From positions 3,523 through 67,522 of the forward strand of contig CAJWEW010000005.1 of the NCBI GenBank assembly GCA_913030915.1: a stretch of 64,000 nucleotides of DNA, given 5' to 3'. The notes beneath the pieces were generated by a model. It did not search any database. It was not told the origin of the DNA and worked only from the letters and a program-made list of their open reading frames with translations. The stretch is from an uncultured Rhodobiaceae bacterium (GTDB lineage Bacteria; Pseudomonadota; Alphaproteobacteria; Rhizobiales; TMED25). The position numbers and the translations under genes are program-made. Each line of letters starts with the position of its first letter. Positions within the stretch are counted from its first letter, which is position 1. Below, piece after piece: positions 32,165 to 43,618 of this stretch.

Positions 32165-35100
32165 TTAAAAATACTCCTGCAAGGATTTAATTTTCCCCAA
32201 TCCATTTATATATCTCTCGATAGCAATGACTGCTGCTAATGCACCTGATAAAGTTGTGTAGTATGGTATTCTATTCCTTAGAGCTGCTTGCCTGAGTGAT
32301 TTGCTATCTGATAAAGCTTTACTTCCTTCTGTTGTATTAATAACTAAGTTTATGTTGTTATTGTTCATGGAGTCAACAACGTGTGGCCTTCCTTCTAAGA
32401 CTTTATTAACTCTTTCCACACTTATTCCATTTTTAATGAGGAAGCGCTGAGTTCCACCAGTTGCAAGGATCTGGAAGCCTAGATTTTCTAATACCCGAAC
32501 AGACTCAATGATATAAGATTTATCTTTATCCTTGACTGAAACAAAAACATTTCCTTGCTTTGGAAGGGGGACATTGGTTCCCAATTGACTCTTCGCAAAA
32601 GCAATTCCAAAGTCATCCCCAATTCCCATAACTTCTCCTGTTGATTTCATTTCAGGACCCAACAAAACATCAATCCCATCGAATTTGGAGAAGGGAAAAA
32701 CAGCTTCTTTCACTGCTATGTGTCTTCTGGTTGAGATTTTCTTTGGTGGCATAAAGCCTCTACCCGTTATAATTTCTGTTGCTATTTTTGCCACAGGGTA
32801 ACCTGTTACCTTTGCAACAAATGGGATAGTTCTGCTTGCGCGTGGATTAACCTCGATTATGTAAATCTCATCATCCTTGATTGCAAATTGTATATTTATA
32901 CAGCCTATAATATTGAGTGACTCACTTATTGCATTTGTTTGTCTTTGAAGTTTGTTAATAATATCAGGCTTTAGTGAGTAAGGGGGGATGGAACAAGCGC
33001 TATCACCAGAATGTACGCCAGCCTCCTCGATATGCTGCATTATTCCACAAATATGAACCTTCTTTCCATCAGAAATTGCGTCAACATCTACTTCAACTGC
33101 GTCCGAGAGGTATCGATCTAAGAGCAATGGATTATCTTTTAGAAGAGTGTCAATTTGCTTCTCTCTATTTTGGGGATATTTTGATTTTATGCTCTCTGGG
33201 ATCAGTTCTGGTAAGGTGCTTTCAATATAGTCTTCATAGTCATTTTCATCCCTAAGTATTACCATCGCTCTGCCCCCTAATACATATGACGGCCTTAGGA
33301 TAATTGGCAAACCAATATCAAGAATAGATTTACGGGCTTCACTGATGGAGTGGGCAATTTTATTTTCGGGCTGTTTTAATTTTAAGTCTCTAATTAATTT
33401 TTGAAATCTATCTCGATCCTCTGCTAGGTCAATTGCATCAGGTGAAGTCCCAAGAATATTTATACCTCTTTTTGATAGTTCTTCAGATAATTTCAGCGGT
33501 GTTTGCCCCCCAAATTGTACAATTACCCCAAGTAATTTACCAGTTTTCTGCTCTAATTTTATAATCTCAAACACATCTTCAGTCGTCAGGGGTTCGAAAT
33601 ATAGCCTATCAGATGTATCATAATCAGTGGAAACGGTTTCAGGATTACAATTTATCATTATTGTTTCAATTCCCATCTCTTTGAGAGCGAAGCATGCGTG
33701 GCAGCAGCAATAATCAAATTCAATTCCCTGCCCAATTCTATTTGGCCCGCCACCAATGATAATTATTTTTTCATTGTCACTTGGATTTGCCTCACAATCC
33801 ATGTCCTCATTATCAAAATGGCTATAAGTAGAGTACATATATGCTGTCAATGTTTGGAATTCAGCTGAACAAGTATCAATATTTTTAAAGACTGGTTTTA
33901 TATTTAAATTTTCCCTTGTTTGTCTTACACTATGTTCATCTTCCCCTATCAAATTGGCAAGTCGTGCATCAGAAAAGCCATACGATTTTAAAAGGCGAAA
34001 ATTCTCCTGATCTTTTGGTAACCCATGCTGTTGTATCTTGTTTTCAATATCAATAATTTCTTGCAGCCTATCAATAAACCACGGATCAATTTTACATGAT
34101 TGATGTATTTGTTCGTGAGATATACCTAGCCTTAGTGCTTGTGCGACTTTTAAGATACGATTTGGTGTTGGTTCACCTAATTCAGCCCGGACAATATTTT
34201 TCTTTGCATCTTTGCCAATATCTGAAAATTCGATAGGGTCCAGACCGGTTAACCCAATTTCCAGGGATCTAAGTGCTTTCTGAAGGCTCTCGGCAAAAGT
34301 TCTGCCAAATGCCATCGCTTCACCGACAGATTTCATCGAGGTTGTTAATAATGGCTCAGCATCTGGGAATTTTTCAAATGCAAATCTCGGTATTTTTGTA
34401 ACAATATAATCAATTGTAGGTTCAAATGACGCAGGTGTTTGGCCTCCAGTTATATCATTCGAAAGTTCATCAAGAGTGTATCCGAGGGCTAATTTAGCAG
34501 CTACTTTAGCAATTGGAAATCCCGTAGCTTTTGAAGCTAATGCCGATGATCTTGAAACTCTTGGGTTCATCTCTATGACAACCATCTCTCCATTCTCAGG
34601 GTTTACAGCAAATTGTACATTTGAACCACCCGTTTCTACACCAATTTTACGCAGAATTGCGATTGAAGCATTTCGCATAATTTGATACTCTTTATCAGTT
34701 AGAGTTAGTGCCGGAGCGACGGTAATTGAGTCACCTGTATGAATTCCCATCGGATCAACATTTTCTATTGAGCATATGATTATGCAATTATCATTTTTAT
34801 CTCTTACAACCTCCATTTCATACTCTTTCCAACCCAAAACGGACTCCTCAATTAAAACCTCTGAAGTTGGTGAAGCATCGATACCATTCTCAACAATTTT
34901 GATAAACTCTTCGCGTGTGTAGGCAATGCCGCCACCTGTTCCCCCAAGGGTAAAAGACGGACGAATTATTACTGGGAGACCAAGTTCATTTAAGGCATCG
35001 AGTCCTTGTGATAGATTGTGAGCTAGACGTGATTTTGGTGTCTTCAATCCAATTTCGCTCATTGCTTCTCTGAAAAGTTCTCTATCTTCTGCCATGTCGA

Positions 35101-35467
35101 TAGCCTCAGATGAGGCCCCAATCATTTCGACATTGTGCTTGTCAAGTACCCCTAATTTTTTAAGAGAGAGTGTCGTGTTTAAAGCGGTCTGCCCGCCCAT
35201 TGTTGGTAGAATTGCATCTGGCTTTTCTTTTTCTATAATTTTTTCTAAGAGCTCAGGTGTTATTGGCTCAATGTATGTAGCGTCTGCTAATTCTGGATCG
35301 GTCATTATAGTGGCTGGATTCGAATTAATTAAAATAACTCGAAAACCTTCCTCTTTGATTGCTTTTAATGCCTGTGTTCCAGAATAATCAAATTCACAAG
35401 CTTGCCCTATGACAATCGGTCCAGCACCAACAACGAGTATAGACTCTATATCACTTCTTCTTGGCAC
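32165..35467 (-). CDS. carB: Carbamoyl-phosphate synthase large subunit
   Basis: 1100 aa with duplicated ATP-grasp halves and a C-terminal MGS-like domain. Confidence 0.95.
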   Translation of the reverse strand: MPRRSDIESILVVGAGPIVIGQACEFDYSGTQALKAIKEEGFRVILINSNPATIMTDPELADATYIEPITPELLEKIIEKEKPDAILPTMGGQTALNTTLSLKKLGVLDKHNVEMIGASSEAIDMAEDRELFREAMSEIGLKTPKSRLAHNLSQGLDALNELGLPVIIRPSFTLGGTGGGIAYTREEFIKIVENGIDASPTSEVLIEESVLGWKEYEMEVVRDKNDNCIIICSIENVDPMGIHTGDSITVAPALTLTDKEYQIMRNASIAILRKIGVETGGSNVQFAVNPENGEMVVIEMNPRVSRSSALASKATGFPIAKVAAKLALGYTLDELSNDITGGQTPASFEPTIDYIVTKIPRFAFEKFPDAEPLLTTSMKSVGEAMAFGRTFAESLQKALRSLEIGLTGLDPIEFSDIGKDAKKNIVRAELGEPTPNRILKVAQALRLGISHEQIHQSCKIDPWFIDRLQEIIDIENKIQQHGLPKDQENFRLLKSYGFSDARLANLIGEDEHSVRQTRENLNIKPVFKNIDTCSAEFQTLTAYMYSTYSHFDNEDMDCEANPSDNEKIIIIGGGPNRIGQGIEFDYCCCHACFALKEMGIETIMINCNPETVSTDYDTSDRLYFEPLTTEDVFEIIKLEQKTGKLLGVIVQFGGQTPLKLSEELSKRGINILGTSPDAIDLAEDRDRFQKLIRDLKLKQPENKIAHSISEARKSILDIGLPIILRPSYVLGGRAMVILRDENDYEDYIESTLPELIPESIKSKYPQNREKQIDTLLKDNPLLLDRYLSDAVEVDVDAISDGKKVHICGIMQHIEEAGVHSGDSACSIPPYSLKPDIINKLQRQTNAISESLNIIGCINIQFAIKDDEIYIIEVNPRASRTIPFVAKVTGYPVAKIATEIITGRGFMPPKKISTRRHIAVKEAVFPFSKFDGIDVLLGPEMKSTGEVMGIGDDFGIAFAKSQLGTNVPLPKQGNVFVSVKDKDKSYIIESVRVLENLGFQILATGGTQRFLIKNGISVERVNKVLEGRPHVVDSMNNNNINLVINTTEGSKALSDSKSLRQAALRNRIPYYTTLSGALAAVIAIERYINGLGKIKSLQEYF

Positions 35468-36686
35468 CGGATTCCCTTTTACTTACTGATTGAATAGTTT
35501 TAATAAATTTCTCAAAAATATAGTAACAATCCTGTGGCCCTGGTGATGCCTCCGGATGAAATTGAACTGAAAATATTGGTTTATCTTTAACTTCAAAGCC
35601 ACAATTAGATTGATCAAAAAGCGATCGATGTGTCTCCTTAACATTACTTGGCAGGGTTTCCATATCAACTGTGAAACCATGATTCATAGATGTTATCTGA
35701 ACTTTTTTATTACTCAAATCTTGAACAGGATGATTTGCACCATGATGCCCAAAAGACATTTTCCTTGTTTCACCTCCCAAAGCAAGAGCTAATATCTGGT
35801 GGCCTAAGCATATACCAAATATAGGTATATTTTTGTCAATAATATCTTTAATCAGTTCAAGGCTATATGTGGTTGTTGCCTCTGGATCTCCGGGTCCATT
35901 GGATAGCAGAACCCCATCCGGATCATATTTCATGATCGTATCTATTTCTGTTTTTGCAGGAAATATTTTGGTTTCACAATCGTATGTATTAAGCATTCTA
36001 ATGATATTTGTTTTTATGCCATAATCAATTAGTGCAATCTTTATTTTTGTGTGATTATTTTTTCTATATCCTGTATCCCACTCCCACGCTTTCGAATTTA
36101 AATTATAAATACTACTTGTGGAGGCTTCAGAAGCAAGATCTAATCCTTCCATTTCTCTAACATTTTCCAGTATTTTTTGTAATTTAGGTATATCAAATAT
36201 ACCATCATCTCGATGCTCTATAAGACAACTCATCATTCCTTCGTCTCTTATGATTTTTGTTATATATCTTGTGTCAACACCTGACATGCCTATGATTTTT
36301 CTATCCTTCATCCACTTCGAAAGGGTGCTTTCAGATCTGTAATTCGATGGTTTTTCAATGTATGAATGCGTTATGATTCCAGATATGAGTATTTCTTGAT
36401 CTGGACTTGCGGTTTCAATATCTTCGTTATTTGCCCCAACGTTACCAATGTGTGGAAATGTGAAATTAACAATTTGATGGGCATAGGATGGATCTGACAT
36501 AATTTCCTGATAACCTGTGATGGATGTATTGAAACAAACCTCACCCGTAGTTATTCCTGTGCTTCCAATTCCAAAACCATATTTAATTAAACCGTTAGAA
36601 AAAAGTAGAACAGCAGTTTTTTTTATTGGTTGCCACCCAGCTATTTTGTTAGCAGCATTAGCACTAGCTATTTTTGACTCACGCAT
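35451..36686 (-). CDS. carA: Carbamoyl-phosphate synthase small (glutaminase) subunit
   Basis: [14 protein letters not shown] and GICLGHQ (catalytic Cys) motifs and FSVQFHPE. Overlaps carB by 17 nt. The N-terminus is about 20 aa longer than usual, so the start is uncertain. Confidence 0.9.
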   Translation of the reverse strand: MRESKIASANAANKIAGWQPIKKTAVLLFSNGLIKYGFGIGSTGITTGEVCFNTSITGYQEIMSDPSYAHQIVNFTFPHIGNVGANNEDIETASPDQEILISGIITHSYIEKPSNYRSESTLSKWMKDRKIIGMSGVDTRYITKIIRDEGMMSCLIEHRDDGIFDIPKLQKILENVREMEGLDLASEASTSSIYNLNSKAWEWDTGYRKNNHTKIKIALIDYGIKTNIIRMLNTYDCETKIFPAKTEIDTIMKYDPDGVLLSNGPGDPEATTTYSLELIKDIIDKNIPIFGICLGHQILALALGGETRKMSFGHHGANHPVQDLSNKKVQITSMNHGFTVDMETLPSNVKETHRSLFDQSNCGFEVKDKPIFSVQFHPEASPGPQDCYYIFEKFIKTIQSVSKRESGAKKK

Positions 36687-36857
36687 AATATATTAGTTTT
36701 ATGAATATTCGTATAATGTATACATCATTTATTTGGATTATTCTCAAAATTCATTCAAAATTTATCACTTTTCCAAAGTAAATTTTATTCATAAATAAAA
36801 AAAAATGAATATAATGGAAAATGTTATAAAATCAGCAAATTCCAAAGAGAAAAGATT

Positions 36858-37310
36858 ATGATAAAAGATACTATTAATTCAGAGCTAAAAAATTCCATGC
36901 TAAGCTCAAATAAGGATAAAACATCAACCTTACGGCTTATACTTGCAGCAATAAAAGACCGAGAAATAGCGGCAAGAGAGAAGAAGCAGGATATTGATGA
37001 TACAATTGTTATGGACGTATTGTCTAAGATGGTCAAGCAACGCTTAGAGTCAGCTGATATTTACAAGAAAAATAATAGATTGGAATTAGCTGGCAAAGAA
37101 GAGTATGAGATCGAGGTTATTAGAGAATTCTTACCAAAACAACTAACCGAGCAGGAAATAAAGGAAATTATCGTTAAAGTCATAGAGGAAACAAATTCAT
37201 CCTCAATCCGGGATATGGGTAAAATTATGGGTGTACTAAAATCTAAATACGCTGGACAATTGGACTTTGCGCTCGCAGGAAAATTACTAAAAGAGCATTT
37301 ATCGAGTTAG
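36858..37310 (+). CDS. GatB/YqeY domain protein
   Basis: 150 aa, LKNSMLSSNKDKTSTLRLILAAIKDREI pattern. Upstream of dnaG-rpoD. Confidence 0.8.
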   Translation: MIKDTINSELKNSMLSSNKDKTSTLRLILAAIKDREIAAREKKQDIDDTIVMDVLSKMVKQRLESADIYKKNNRLELAGKEEYEIEVIREFLPKQLTEQEIKEIIVKVIEETNSSSIRDMGKIMGVLKSKYAGQLDFALAGKLLKEHLSS

Positions 37311-37329
37311 TTGATTAGGCTATAAATTT

Positions 37330-39255
37330 ATGAACACACAGAACGCATCTAATAATGTAACCGAAGAGATTAAGTCAAAAATTTCTTTGTCGGATATTGT
37401 TCAGAAGTATGTTACTTGGGATAATAAAAAATCAAATCCAACTCGCGGAAGCTATTGGGCGTGTTGCCCTTTTCATAGCGAGAAGACCGCGTCATTTACT
37501 GTAGATAATAACAAAAATACCTATCATTGTTTTGGATGCAATGCTCATGGTGATGCATTTAAATTTCTAATGGATAAAGAAAATATTGATTTTCCAGAGG
37601 CATTGAGAAGACTCGCTGACATATCAGGTGTAAATTTACCAGAAAAAATTAATTATGATCCGGTAGAGAAACAAAAAAGAGAAATTATTCAAAACATAAA
37701 TGAAGAAGCAAAAAAGTTTTTTATTAATGAATTGAGTAAGTCAGAAAACGCGACTGTATTTGATTACCTAATAAAAAGAGGCCTGACAAAGGAAAATATA
37801 GAAGAGTTTGAGATTGGTGTAACTTCAAGGCGAGGGGAATTAGTTAGCCATTTGACCTCTCATGGATATAGTGACAAACAAATATTTGATGCAGGTCTAT
37901 CCGCACAAAACGACGATGGTGAATATTATGAGCGATTTATTAACAGAATTACTTTCCCGATTAAGGATAAAAATGGCAGAACAGTTGCATTTGGTGGTCG
38001 AGACTTAACAAATAAAGCGCCAGCAAAGTATCTAAACTCGCCGGAGACTATCTTATTCCAGAAAAAAAATATCGTTTACAACTATCACAACGCAAAGAAA
38101 ATATTTGCAAATGAGACCCAATTACTTGTTTGTGAAGGCTATTTCGATTGTATAACATTATCGGTCAATGGGTTTCACAAGTCTGTAGCAACAATGGGGA
38201 CAAGTATGTCTGCGGCACAGATACAATTGCTGTGGCAACTATCGAACCTTCCAATACTATGTTATGATGGTGATAAGGCAGGGGTTAATGCAGCAAATCG
38301 AATAATCGACATTATTTTTCCCATATTAAAACCTGGTTATTCAATGAAATTTATTTTTTTGCCAGAAGGTATGGATCCTGATGATTTATTAAAAAAACAT
38401 GGAAAAAACGAAATGGATAAACTTATTTCCAATGCAACTCCACTTATAGACCTATTTTGGGCCCATTTCATTACTTCATCTGATTTTGGAACACCTGAGG
38501 ATAGGGCAAATATTGAAAATCAGCTAAACAAAATGATGGATAGAATTGAGAATACTGAAGTTAAAAAACAATACAAGCTTGAAATCAGAGACAGATTAAG
38601 CGCGTATTGGAGGTCGAAAAGTTTTGAGTCAAATCGTGTCTTTTTTAAAACCTCCAAGAAAAAACCGAGTGCAAAATTACTTCAAAAATTTAGAACAAAT
38701 CCTGAAGAGGAAGGTATATCATGGCAAAACTCAATATTCATTTTATCATTAATCAGGTGCCCAGAACTAGTGGCTGAATTTATGGACGAAATTAGTGTCA
38801 TTGAATTATTGGATGAGAGAGTAATTGCACTGAAAGAGAATATATTCAAATTTGTAATTGAAAATAAAGTTAAAAATGAACAATCGATCTTATTAGTAAA
38901 CCATTTAAAAGATCTTGGACATGCTGGGCTTATTGAAGCGATCGAAAGAAACACAAATGAGAAAATACATATTAATCTTTTGGATGATGCAGGCATTAAA
39001 AATACCAAGGTGAAGTTTAGAAATGTATTAAATGAGCTGGAGAAACATAAATTGGCTAATGATTTAGAGACGGCAAAATTATCTTATTTTGAGAATGCGA
39101 CTGATATAAATGAGAGAAAAATGTACGAATTAAAAAGAGAGCTTGATGATTTAAAAAATCGCGAAAGTCAAGGTCACAAACAGGAGCCGCACATTGAAAA
39201 GAAGTTCGACAAATGGTATGAGGAAAATAAATCAAGACTAGAGAGAAAAGATTAA
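37330..39255 (+). CDS. dnaG: DNA primase
   Basis: Zinc finger CPFHSEKTASF...CFGC and TOPRIM (EGYFDCI, DGDKAG). Confidence 0.95.
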   Translation: MNTQNASNNVTEEIKSKISLSDIVQKYVTWDNKKSNPTRGSYWACCPFHSEKTASFTVDNNKNTYHCFGCNAHGDAFKFLMDKENIDFPEALRRLADISGVNLPEKINYDPVEKQKREIIQNINEEAKKFFINELSKSENATVFDYLIKRGLTKENIEEFEIGVTSRRGELVSHLTSHGYSDKQIFDAGLSAQNDDGEYYERFINRITFPIKDKNGRTVAFGGRDLTNKAPAKYLNSPETILFQKKNIVYNYHNAKKIFANETQLLVCEGYFDCITLSVNGFHKSVATMGTSMSAAQIQLLWQLSNLPILCYDGDKAGVNAANRIIDIIFPILKPGYSMKFIFLPEGMDPDDLLKKHGKNEMDKLISNATPLIDLFWAHFITSSDFGTPEDRANIENQLNKMMDRIENTEVKKQYKLEIRDRLSAYWRSKSFESNRVFFKTSKKKPSAKLLQKFRTNPEEEGISWQNSIFILSLIRCPELVAEFMDEISVIELLDERVIALKENIFKFVIENKVKNEQSILLVNHLKDLGHAGLIEAIERNTNEKIHINLLDDAGIKNTKVKFRNVLNELEKHKLANDLETAKLSYFENATDINERKMYELKRELDDLKNRESQGHKQEPHIEKKFDKWYEENKSRLERKD

Positions 39256-39375
39256 AAGTCATAAATTTATCAGCAGAAAAAATAATTAAAAATACCTAGT
39301 AATTAAAGGGTAAATTTATTATATAAGGTAGGATAATAATGCATAGAAAGCTAGACAAGTAATATAAAAACTAGA

Positions 39376-41346
39376 ATGACACCAAGACCAAAAAAAATTC
39401 AAAATAAACCTGAAGAGATAGTTGATACCAAGAAAGACTCTCCGCTCATAGATACATCTGACCGAACCGTAAAAAGCTGGATTAGGCTGGGGAAAAAAAG
39501 GGGATACATAACATACGACGAATTAAATGAGATTTTACCATCAGAAGAGGTTTCATCAGAGCAAATAGAAGACATTATGGCAATGTTTTCTGAAATGGGT
39601 ATAAACGTCATTGAAAACGAAGAAGCTGATGATCAGTTAGGATCTGAGTCTGAAGGACAGCTTCCAGCAAAAATCGAACAAACTGGATCGTCGGGTGGTG
39701 ATAGATCCGATGACCCGGTCAGAATGTACCTAAAAGAGATGGGCTCGGTTGAGCTATTATCAAGGGACGGTGAAATTGCAATTGCAAAAAGAATAGAGGC
39801 AGGTAAGGAAGCGATGATGCGTGGTCTGTGCGAAAGCCCACTAACATTTCAAGCAATTATAATTTGGAGAGATCAGTTAAACGATGGCGACGTACTCTTA
39901 AGAGATATCATTGACCTGGAAGCAACGTATTCTGGGCCTGATGCTCAAGAGATGCCAAAAATCGATATGATCGATGAAGTAGAGGATCAAAACCAAAGCA
40001 ATCAAGAAGAGGGTGAGGATATTGAAGATCCTGAAAAAGTGGGTGAAGATGATCACGATGATGAAGAAAATGAAAACAATCTATCACTTGCGGCAATGGA
40101 GCTAGCACTAAAAGATCAAGTGTCGTCAAGATTTAATAAAATTGCAAAAGAATATGCAAATCTCGAAAAACTAAAAAAATCAATCGAGAAAAAAAATGCT
40201 AATACAAAAAATTTTACTGCATCAGAAGAAAAAAAGTATACAAAAATTCGTACAACACTCATTGAAGAAGTAAACGCTTTAGCGCTAAACGCAAACAGAA
40301 TAGAAGCACTCGTTCATCAACTATATAATATCAACAAGAGGTTAATGTCCCTAGAAGGAAAGCTAATGAGGTTAGCAGAGAGTTATGGAGTTGAAAGAAA
40401 CGAATTTATCAAGCAGTACCACGATAATGAACTTGATCCGAACTGGGTTCGCCGGGTATCCAGGCTAAGCGCAAAAGGGTGGAAAGACTTTACCTCATCC
40501 GAAAAAGCTGAGATAAAAAATATAAGAGAAGAAATATCATCGTTGGCTTCTGAGGCGGGGCTAGAGGTTAACGAATTTCGGAATATCGTTCATATGGTGC
40601 AAAAGGGAGAACGAGAGTCACACTCTGCAAAAAGAGAAATGGTAGAGGCGAACTTAAGGCTAGTTATCTCTATCGCAAAGAAATATACAAACCGAGGATT
40701 ACAATTTCTAGATCTAATACAAGAAGGCAATATAGGCTTGATGAAGGCTGTTGAAAAGTTTGAGTATCGTAGAGGCTATAAATTTTCAACATATGCGACT
40801 TGGTGGATAAGGCAAGCAATAACAAGGTCAATAGCTGATCAGGCAAGAACAATAAGAATACCTGTGCATATGATTGAGACAATCAATAAGATTGTCAGAA
40901 CGTCAAGACAAATACTAAATGAAATTGGTAGGGAGCCAACCCCAGAAGAGATATCAGAGAAACTTGGCATGCCTCTGGACAAAGTTAGAAAAGTAATGAA
41001 GATTGCAAAAGAGCCAATTTCTCTTGAAACACCAGTTGGCGATGAAGATGATAGCCATCTTGGAGATTTCATAGAGGATAAGAATGTAATATTACCTATC
41101 GACGCTGCGATTCATTCAAATCTTCGGGATACCACGACAAGGGTTCTTGCAACTTTGACGCCACGAGAAGAAAGGGTTTTACGAATGAGATTCGGTATCG
41201 GTATGAATACAGACCATACTCTTGAGGAAGTAGGCCAACAATTTTCTGTTACAAGAGAGAGAATCCGTCAAATTGAAGCAAAAGCACTGAGAAAGCTAAA
41301 ACATCCATCAAGAAGTAGAAAGCTTCGAAGCTTCCTTGACAGCTAG
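39376..41346 (+). CDS. rpoD: RNA polymerase primary sigma factor (sigma-70)
   Basis: Region 1.1, acidic non-conserved insert, region 2 ([12 protein letters not shown]), region 4.2 ([13 protein letters not shown]). Confidence 0.95.
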   Translation: MTPRPKKIQNKPEEIVDTKKDSPLIDTSDRTVKSWIRLGKKRGYITYDELNEILPSEEVSSEQIEDIMAMFSEMGINVIENEEADDQLGSESEGQLPAKIEQTGSSGGDRSDDPVRMYLKEMGSVELLSRDGEIAIAKRIEAGKEAMMRGLCESPLTFQAIIIWRDQLNDGDVLLRDIIDLEATYSGPDAQEMPKIDMIDEVEDQNQSNQEEGEDIEDPEKVGEDDHDDEENENNLSLAAMELALKDQVSSRFNKIAKEYANLEKLKKSIEKKNANTKNFTASEEKKYTKIRTTLIEEVNALALNANRIEALVHQLYNINKRLMSLEGKLMRLAESYGVERNEFIKQYHDNELDPNWVRRVSRLSAKGWKDFTSSEKAEIKNIREEISSLASEAGLEVNEFRNIVHMVQKGERESHSAKREMVEANLRLVISIAKKYTNRGLQFLDLIQEGNIGLMKAVEKFEYRRGYKFSTYATWWIRQAITRSIADQARTIRIPVHMIETINKIVRTSRQILNEIGREPTPEEISEKLGMPLDKVRKVMKIAKEPISLETPVGDEDDSHLGDFIEDKNVILPIDAAIHSNLRDTTTRVLATLTPREERVLRMRFGIGMNTDHTLEEVGQQFSVTRERIRQIEAKALRKLKHPSRSRKLRSFLDS

Positions 41347-41432
41347 TATCCTTTATATCTTAATATCTGGCATTACCTCATGCATATATTTGTGGCTTTA
41401 CATATAACGAATGTAGTACTATAAAAAAAATA

Positions 41433-41509
41433 GGGCGATTAGCTCAGTTGGTTAGAGCCCTCCGCTCATAACGGAGTGGTCCCAGGTTCGAGTCCTGGAT
41501 CGCCCACCA
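41433..41509 (+). tRNA. tRNA with CAT anticodon (elongator Met, or Ile2 if lysidine-modified), CCA encoded
   Basis: Full cloverleaf by hand. Acceptor GGGCGAT/ATCGCCC, D arm GCTC-AGTTGGTTA-GAGC, anticodon arm CTCCG-CTCATAA-CGGAG, variable loop TGGTC, T arm CCAGG-TTCGAGT-CCTGG, discriminator A, then CCA. Position 1:72 is paired, so it is not an initiator. Confidence 0.9.
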
Positions 41510-41635
41510 GTTTGGTAACTAAATAACATATTAAATGAAAGATAAAATTTGTCACTTATCACACAGATAAGAGCCATTTCTGAAACTGCCAAACGGGTAC
41601 TAAGAAAACGAAACCAAAAATAAAAGGACCTTGAT

Positions 41636-42052
41636 ATGATCGAAAATTTTAACAGTATTTTTTTTCTTGCGATACATATACTTGTGCTAATCATGATAAG
41701 TTTTTATCTAGTGCGTATAATATTTGCACCAAGTGGTATCGCTGAGGAGTTTGGGGTGGATAGGTCGGGTATTTATTTTGCAAGAATATTGGGAACATTT
41801 ATTACACCGTTATTTGTGATTGGTGTTTACATCGTATTTCGAGACGGTGGTCCTGCAGGATGCTGGATTTGGTATCTAACATTAGCTATAACATCAATTC
41901 TTCAACTTGGTTATGAAGGTTCCTTTTATTTGAAGAAAATCGATGCTTCTGTTGGCGCAAAAAATAAGTTACTTGATGTGATCGTATCAGGAGTTTTTAC
42001 CATCATTTCAATTACCCTCATCTTGGGTTTGGCAGATAAAATTTATTTGTAG
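41636..42052 (+). CDS. Small integral membrane protein (about 4 TM), unknown function
   Basis: 138 aa hydrophobic ORF with an AAGGA Shine-Dalgarno. No recognisable motif. Confidence 0.5.
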   Translation: MIENFNSIFFLAIHILVLIMISFYLVRIIFAPSGIAEEFGVDRSGIYFARILGTFITPLFVIGVYIVFRDGGPAGCWIWYLTLAITSILQLGYEGSFYLKKIDASVGAKNKLLDVIVSGVFTIISITLILGLADKIYL

Positions 42053-42090
42053 TATTTCCCATTTTTTTTCATAAATGAGATTGCATTAGG

Positions 42091-42113
42091 CTCTATTTCT
42101 GTGTTAAATAGAG
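42091..42113 (+). terminator. Weak hairpin after the membrane-protein gene
   Basis: CTCTATTT / AAATAGAG 8-bp stem with a 7-nt loop, followed by TGATTATT. A second 7-bp hairpin (CATTACA/TGTAATG) lies at 42126-42146. Confidence 0.25.
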
Positions 42114-42179
42114 TGATTATTAAAACATTACATAAGCATTGTAATGATGTGTAAGAAGTTAAAAAAAGGGGTATGAATA

Positions 42180-43526
42180 ATGAAACCAGTGGATCCTACA
42201 AAGGGTTATGAGCTAGATACTAGCTTTATTCAAGAGCAGCACCATACAAATCCGAGAAGACTATACAGTCAAACTGGTGCAGATTGGCAATATCGTGTTG
42301 ATCACGAGAGACTAAGAAGGCAGAGATTAGAACGAATTAGAGCTGAAATGGAAGCGGATGATCTGGGAGCGCTTGTGGTGTTCCAAGGCGCGAATGTGCG
42401 ATATATAACAGGCTCCTACCAAGGAAACTGGAAATATAACATTAATATTAGATATGCTGTACTGCCACGTGGCGGTGATCCAGTCCTATTTGAAACAGCT
42501 GGTTCGGACATGAGAAATGCTCACTTAGACTTACCTTGGCTAGGTGAAGAAAATATTAGACCTGCGATGACATGGCAGTGGGCTGAAGGTGCTGTTGGTG
42601 AAATGGCTGATAAAATGGTCGCAACCGTAAAGCAAGTTTTAGTTGATAACGGGGTTGACAAAGAAAAGATCGGTGTTGACCAGCTAGATATGCCTGCACT
42701 TCATGCAATGGAAAAAGCTGGCATTAAAATAGTAAATGGCTGGCCAGCTATGTCGCGCGCACGGGTCGTGAAAACAATAGACGAGATTGAACACTTAAAG
42801 ATGTCATCATCAATTGGTGATGCGGCGATGTGGCATGTTAAGCATGAGTGGCTAAAACCAGGCATAACAGAACGTCAAATTGAAGCAAAAGTACATGACT
42901 TTATGCTATCACGTGGATGTGAAATTATTTATGACATCATTGTTGCTTCCGGTGGTAATACAAGTCCATACAGAAGATGGGCAACTGACAAACTTATTCA
43001 ACAAGGCGATCTACTAATTGTTGATATTAATGCAGTTGGTCCTGGTGGTTACTTTATTGACTACGTTCGAACATTCAAATGTGGTTCGAAAATGACTCAA
43101 CAAGAGATTGACCTATATCGTGAAACATATGACTCAATGTATGCAGGTCTAGAAAACCTCAGACCAGGAAAAACTTCAGCAGATGTTGTATCAAAATTCC
43201 CTGAGTATGATGATGATAAGTACGGTACTGTTACACTTCAACAGTTCGCTCACTCAATAGGTATCACACTTTATGAAGGTATGTGGATGAGTAGGGCTTA
43301 CTCACTAAAATACCCTGCAGAAATAAAGGAAAATATGTATTTTGCTATTGAGACCTTTGCAGGCCATCCAGGTCTTCCTCAAACTTGTCGGTTAGAAGAA
43401 AATGTTCTGGTCACGAAAGATGGGCCATCTGTATTTACTAAAATGGAACATATGGAAGAGGCCGTCGCGGGATATAGACCAGGCGAATTCCATCATGCAG
43501 AGATTTTTGGATACCCACAAAAATAA
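42180..43526 (+). CDS. M24 family metallohydrolase (creatinase / Xaa-Pro dipeptidase / DoeA / DddP-like fold); substrate unknown
   Basis: Creatinase_N-like N-domain (LGALVVFQGANVRYITG). Pita-bread domain with an apparent complete metal-ligand set: VDINAVGPGGYFIDYVRTF, AHSIG, AIETFAG, RLEENV. AGGGG Shine-Dalgarno 8 nt upstream. Confidence 0.8.
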   Translation: MKPVDPTKGYELDTSFIQEQHHTNPRRLYSQTGADWQYRVDHERLRRQRLERIRAEMEADDLGALVVFQGANVRYITGSYQGNWKYNINIRYAVLPRGGDPVLFETAGSDMRNAHLDLPWLGEENIRPAMTWQWAEGAVGEMADKMVATVKQVLVDNGVDKEKIGVDQLDMPALHAMEKAGIKIVNGWPAMSRARVVKTIDEIEHLKMSSSIGDAAMWHVKHEWLKPGITERQIEAKVHDFMLSRGCEIIYDIIVASGGNTSPYRRWATDKLIQQGDLLIVDINAVGPGGYFIDYVRTFKCGSKMTQQEIDLYRETYDSMYAGLENLRPGKTSADVVSKFPEYDDDKYGTVTLQQFAHSIGITLYEGMWMSRAYSLKYPAEIKENMYFAIETFAGHPGLPQTCRLEENVLVTKDGPSVFTKMEHMEEAVAGYRPGEFHHAEIFGYPQK

Positions 43527-43537
43527 ATATAATATCG

Positions 43538-43563
43538 ACCTCGGGGCTTTATTGCCTCGAGGT
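43538..43563 (+). other. GC-rich hairpin between the M24 and KdsB-like genes
   Basis: ACCTCGGGGC-TTTATT-GCCTCGAGGT, a 10-bp stem including one G-U pair. No following U-tract. Confidence 0.4.
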
Positions 43564-43618
43564 TCACACCATATAAAGGCAAACTTTTGTGTATTATAAG
43601 TTTGAAAAAAATCGCTCA

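Noticed and set aside
36687-36857. ARG-box-like TGAAT/ATTCA motifs upstream of carA (TGAATATTC at 36702-36710; TATTCAT-N12-ATGAATA at 36786-36811)
   Set aside because: The spacing does not match the 18-bp ARG box (TGAAT-W4-ATTCA). Inverted repeats of 6-7 bp made only of A and T are expected by chance in a spacer of about 20% GC.
39960-40090. Acidic low-complexity stretch in rpoD, and the acidic tail of L25 at 14219-14290
   Set aside because: These are normal features: the sigma-70 non-conserved region and Ctc-type C-terminal tails. They are not repeats or inserted elements.
41452-41694. 80-aa minus-strand ORF overlapping the tRNA
   Set aside because: It overlaps a perfect tRNA cloverleaf and the start of the membrane-protein gene. 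It has no RBS or motif, so I treat it as spurious.
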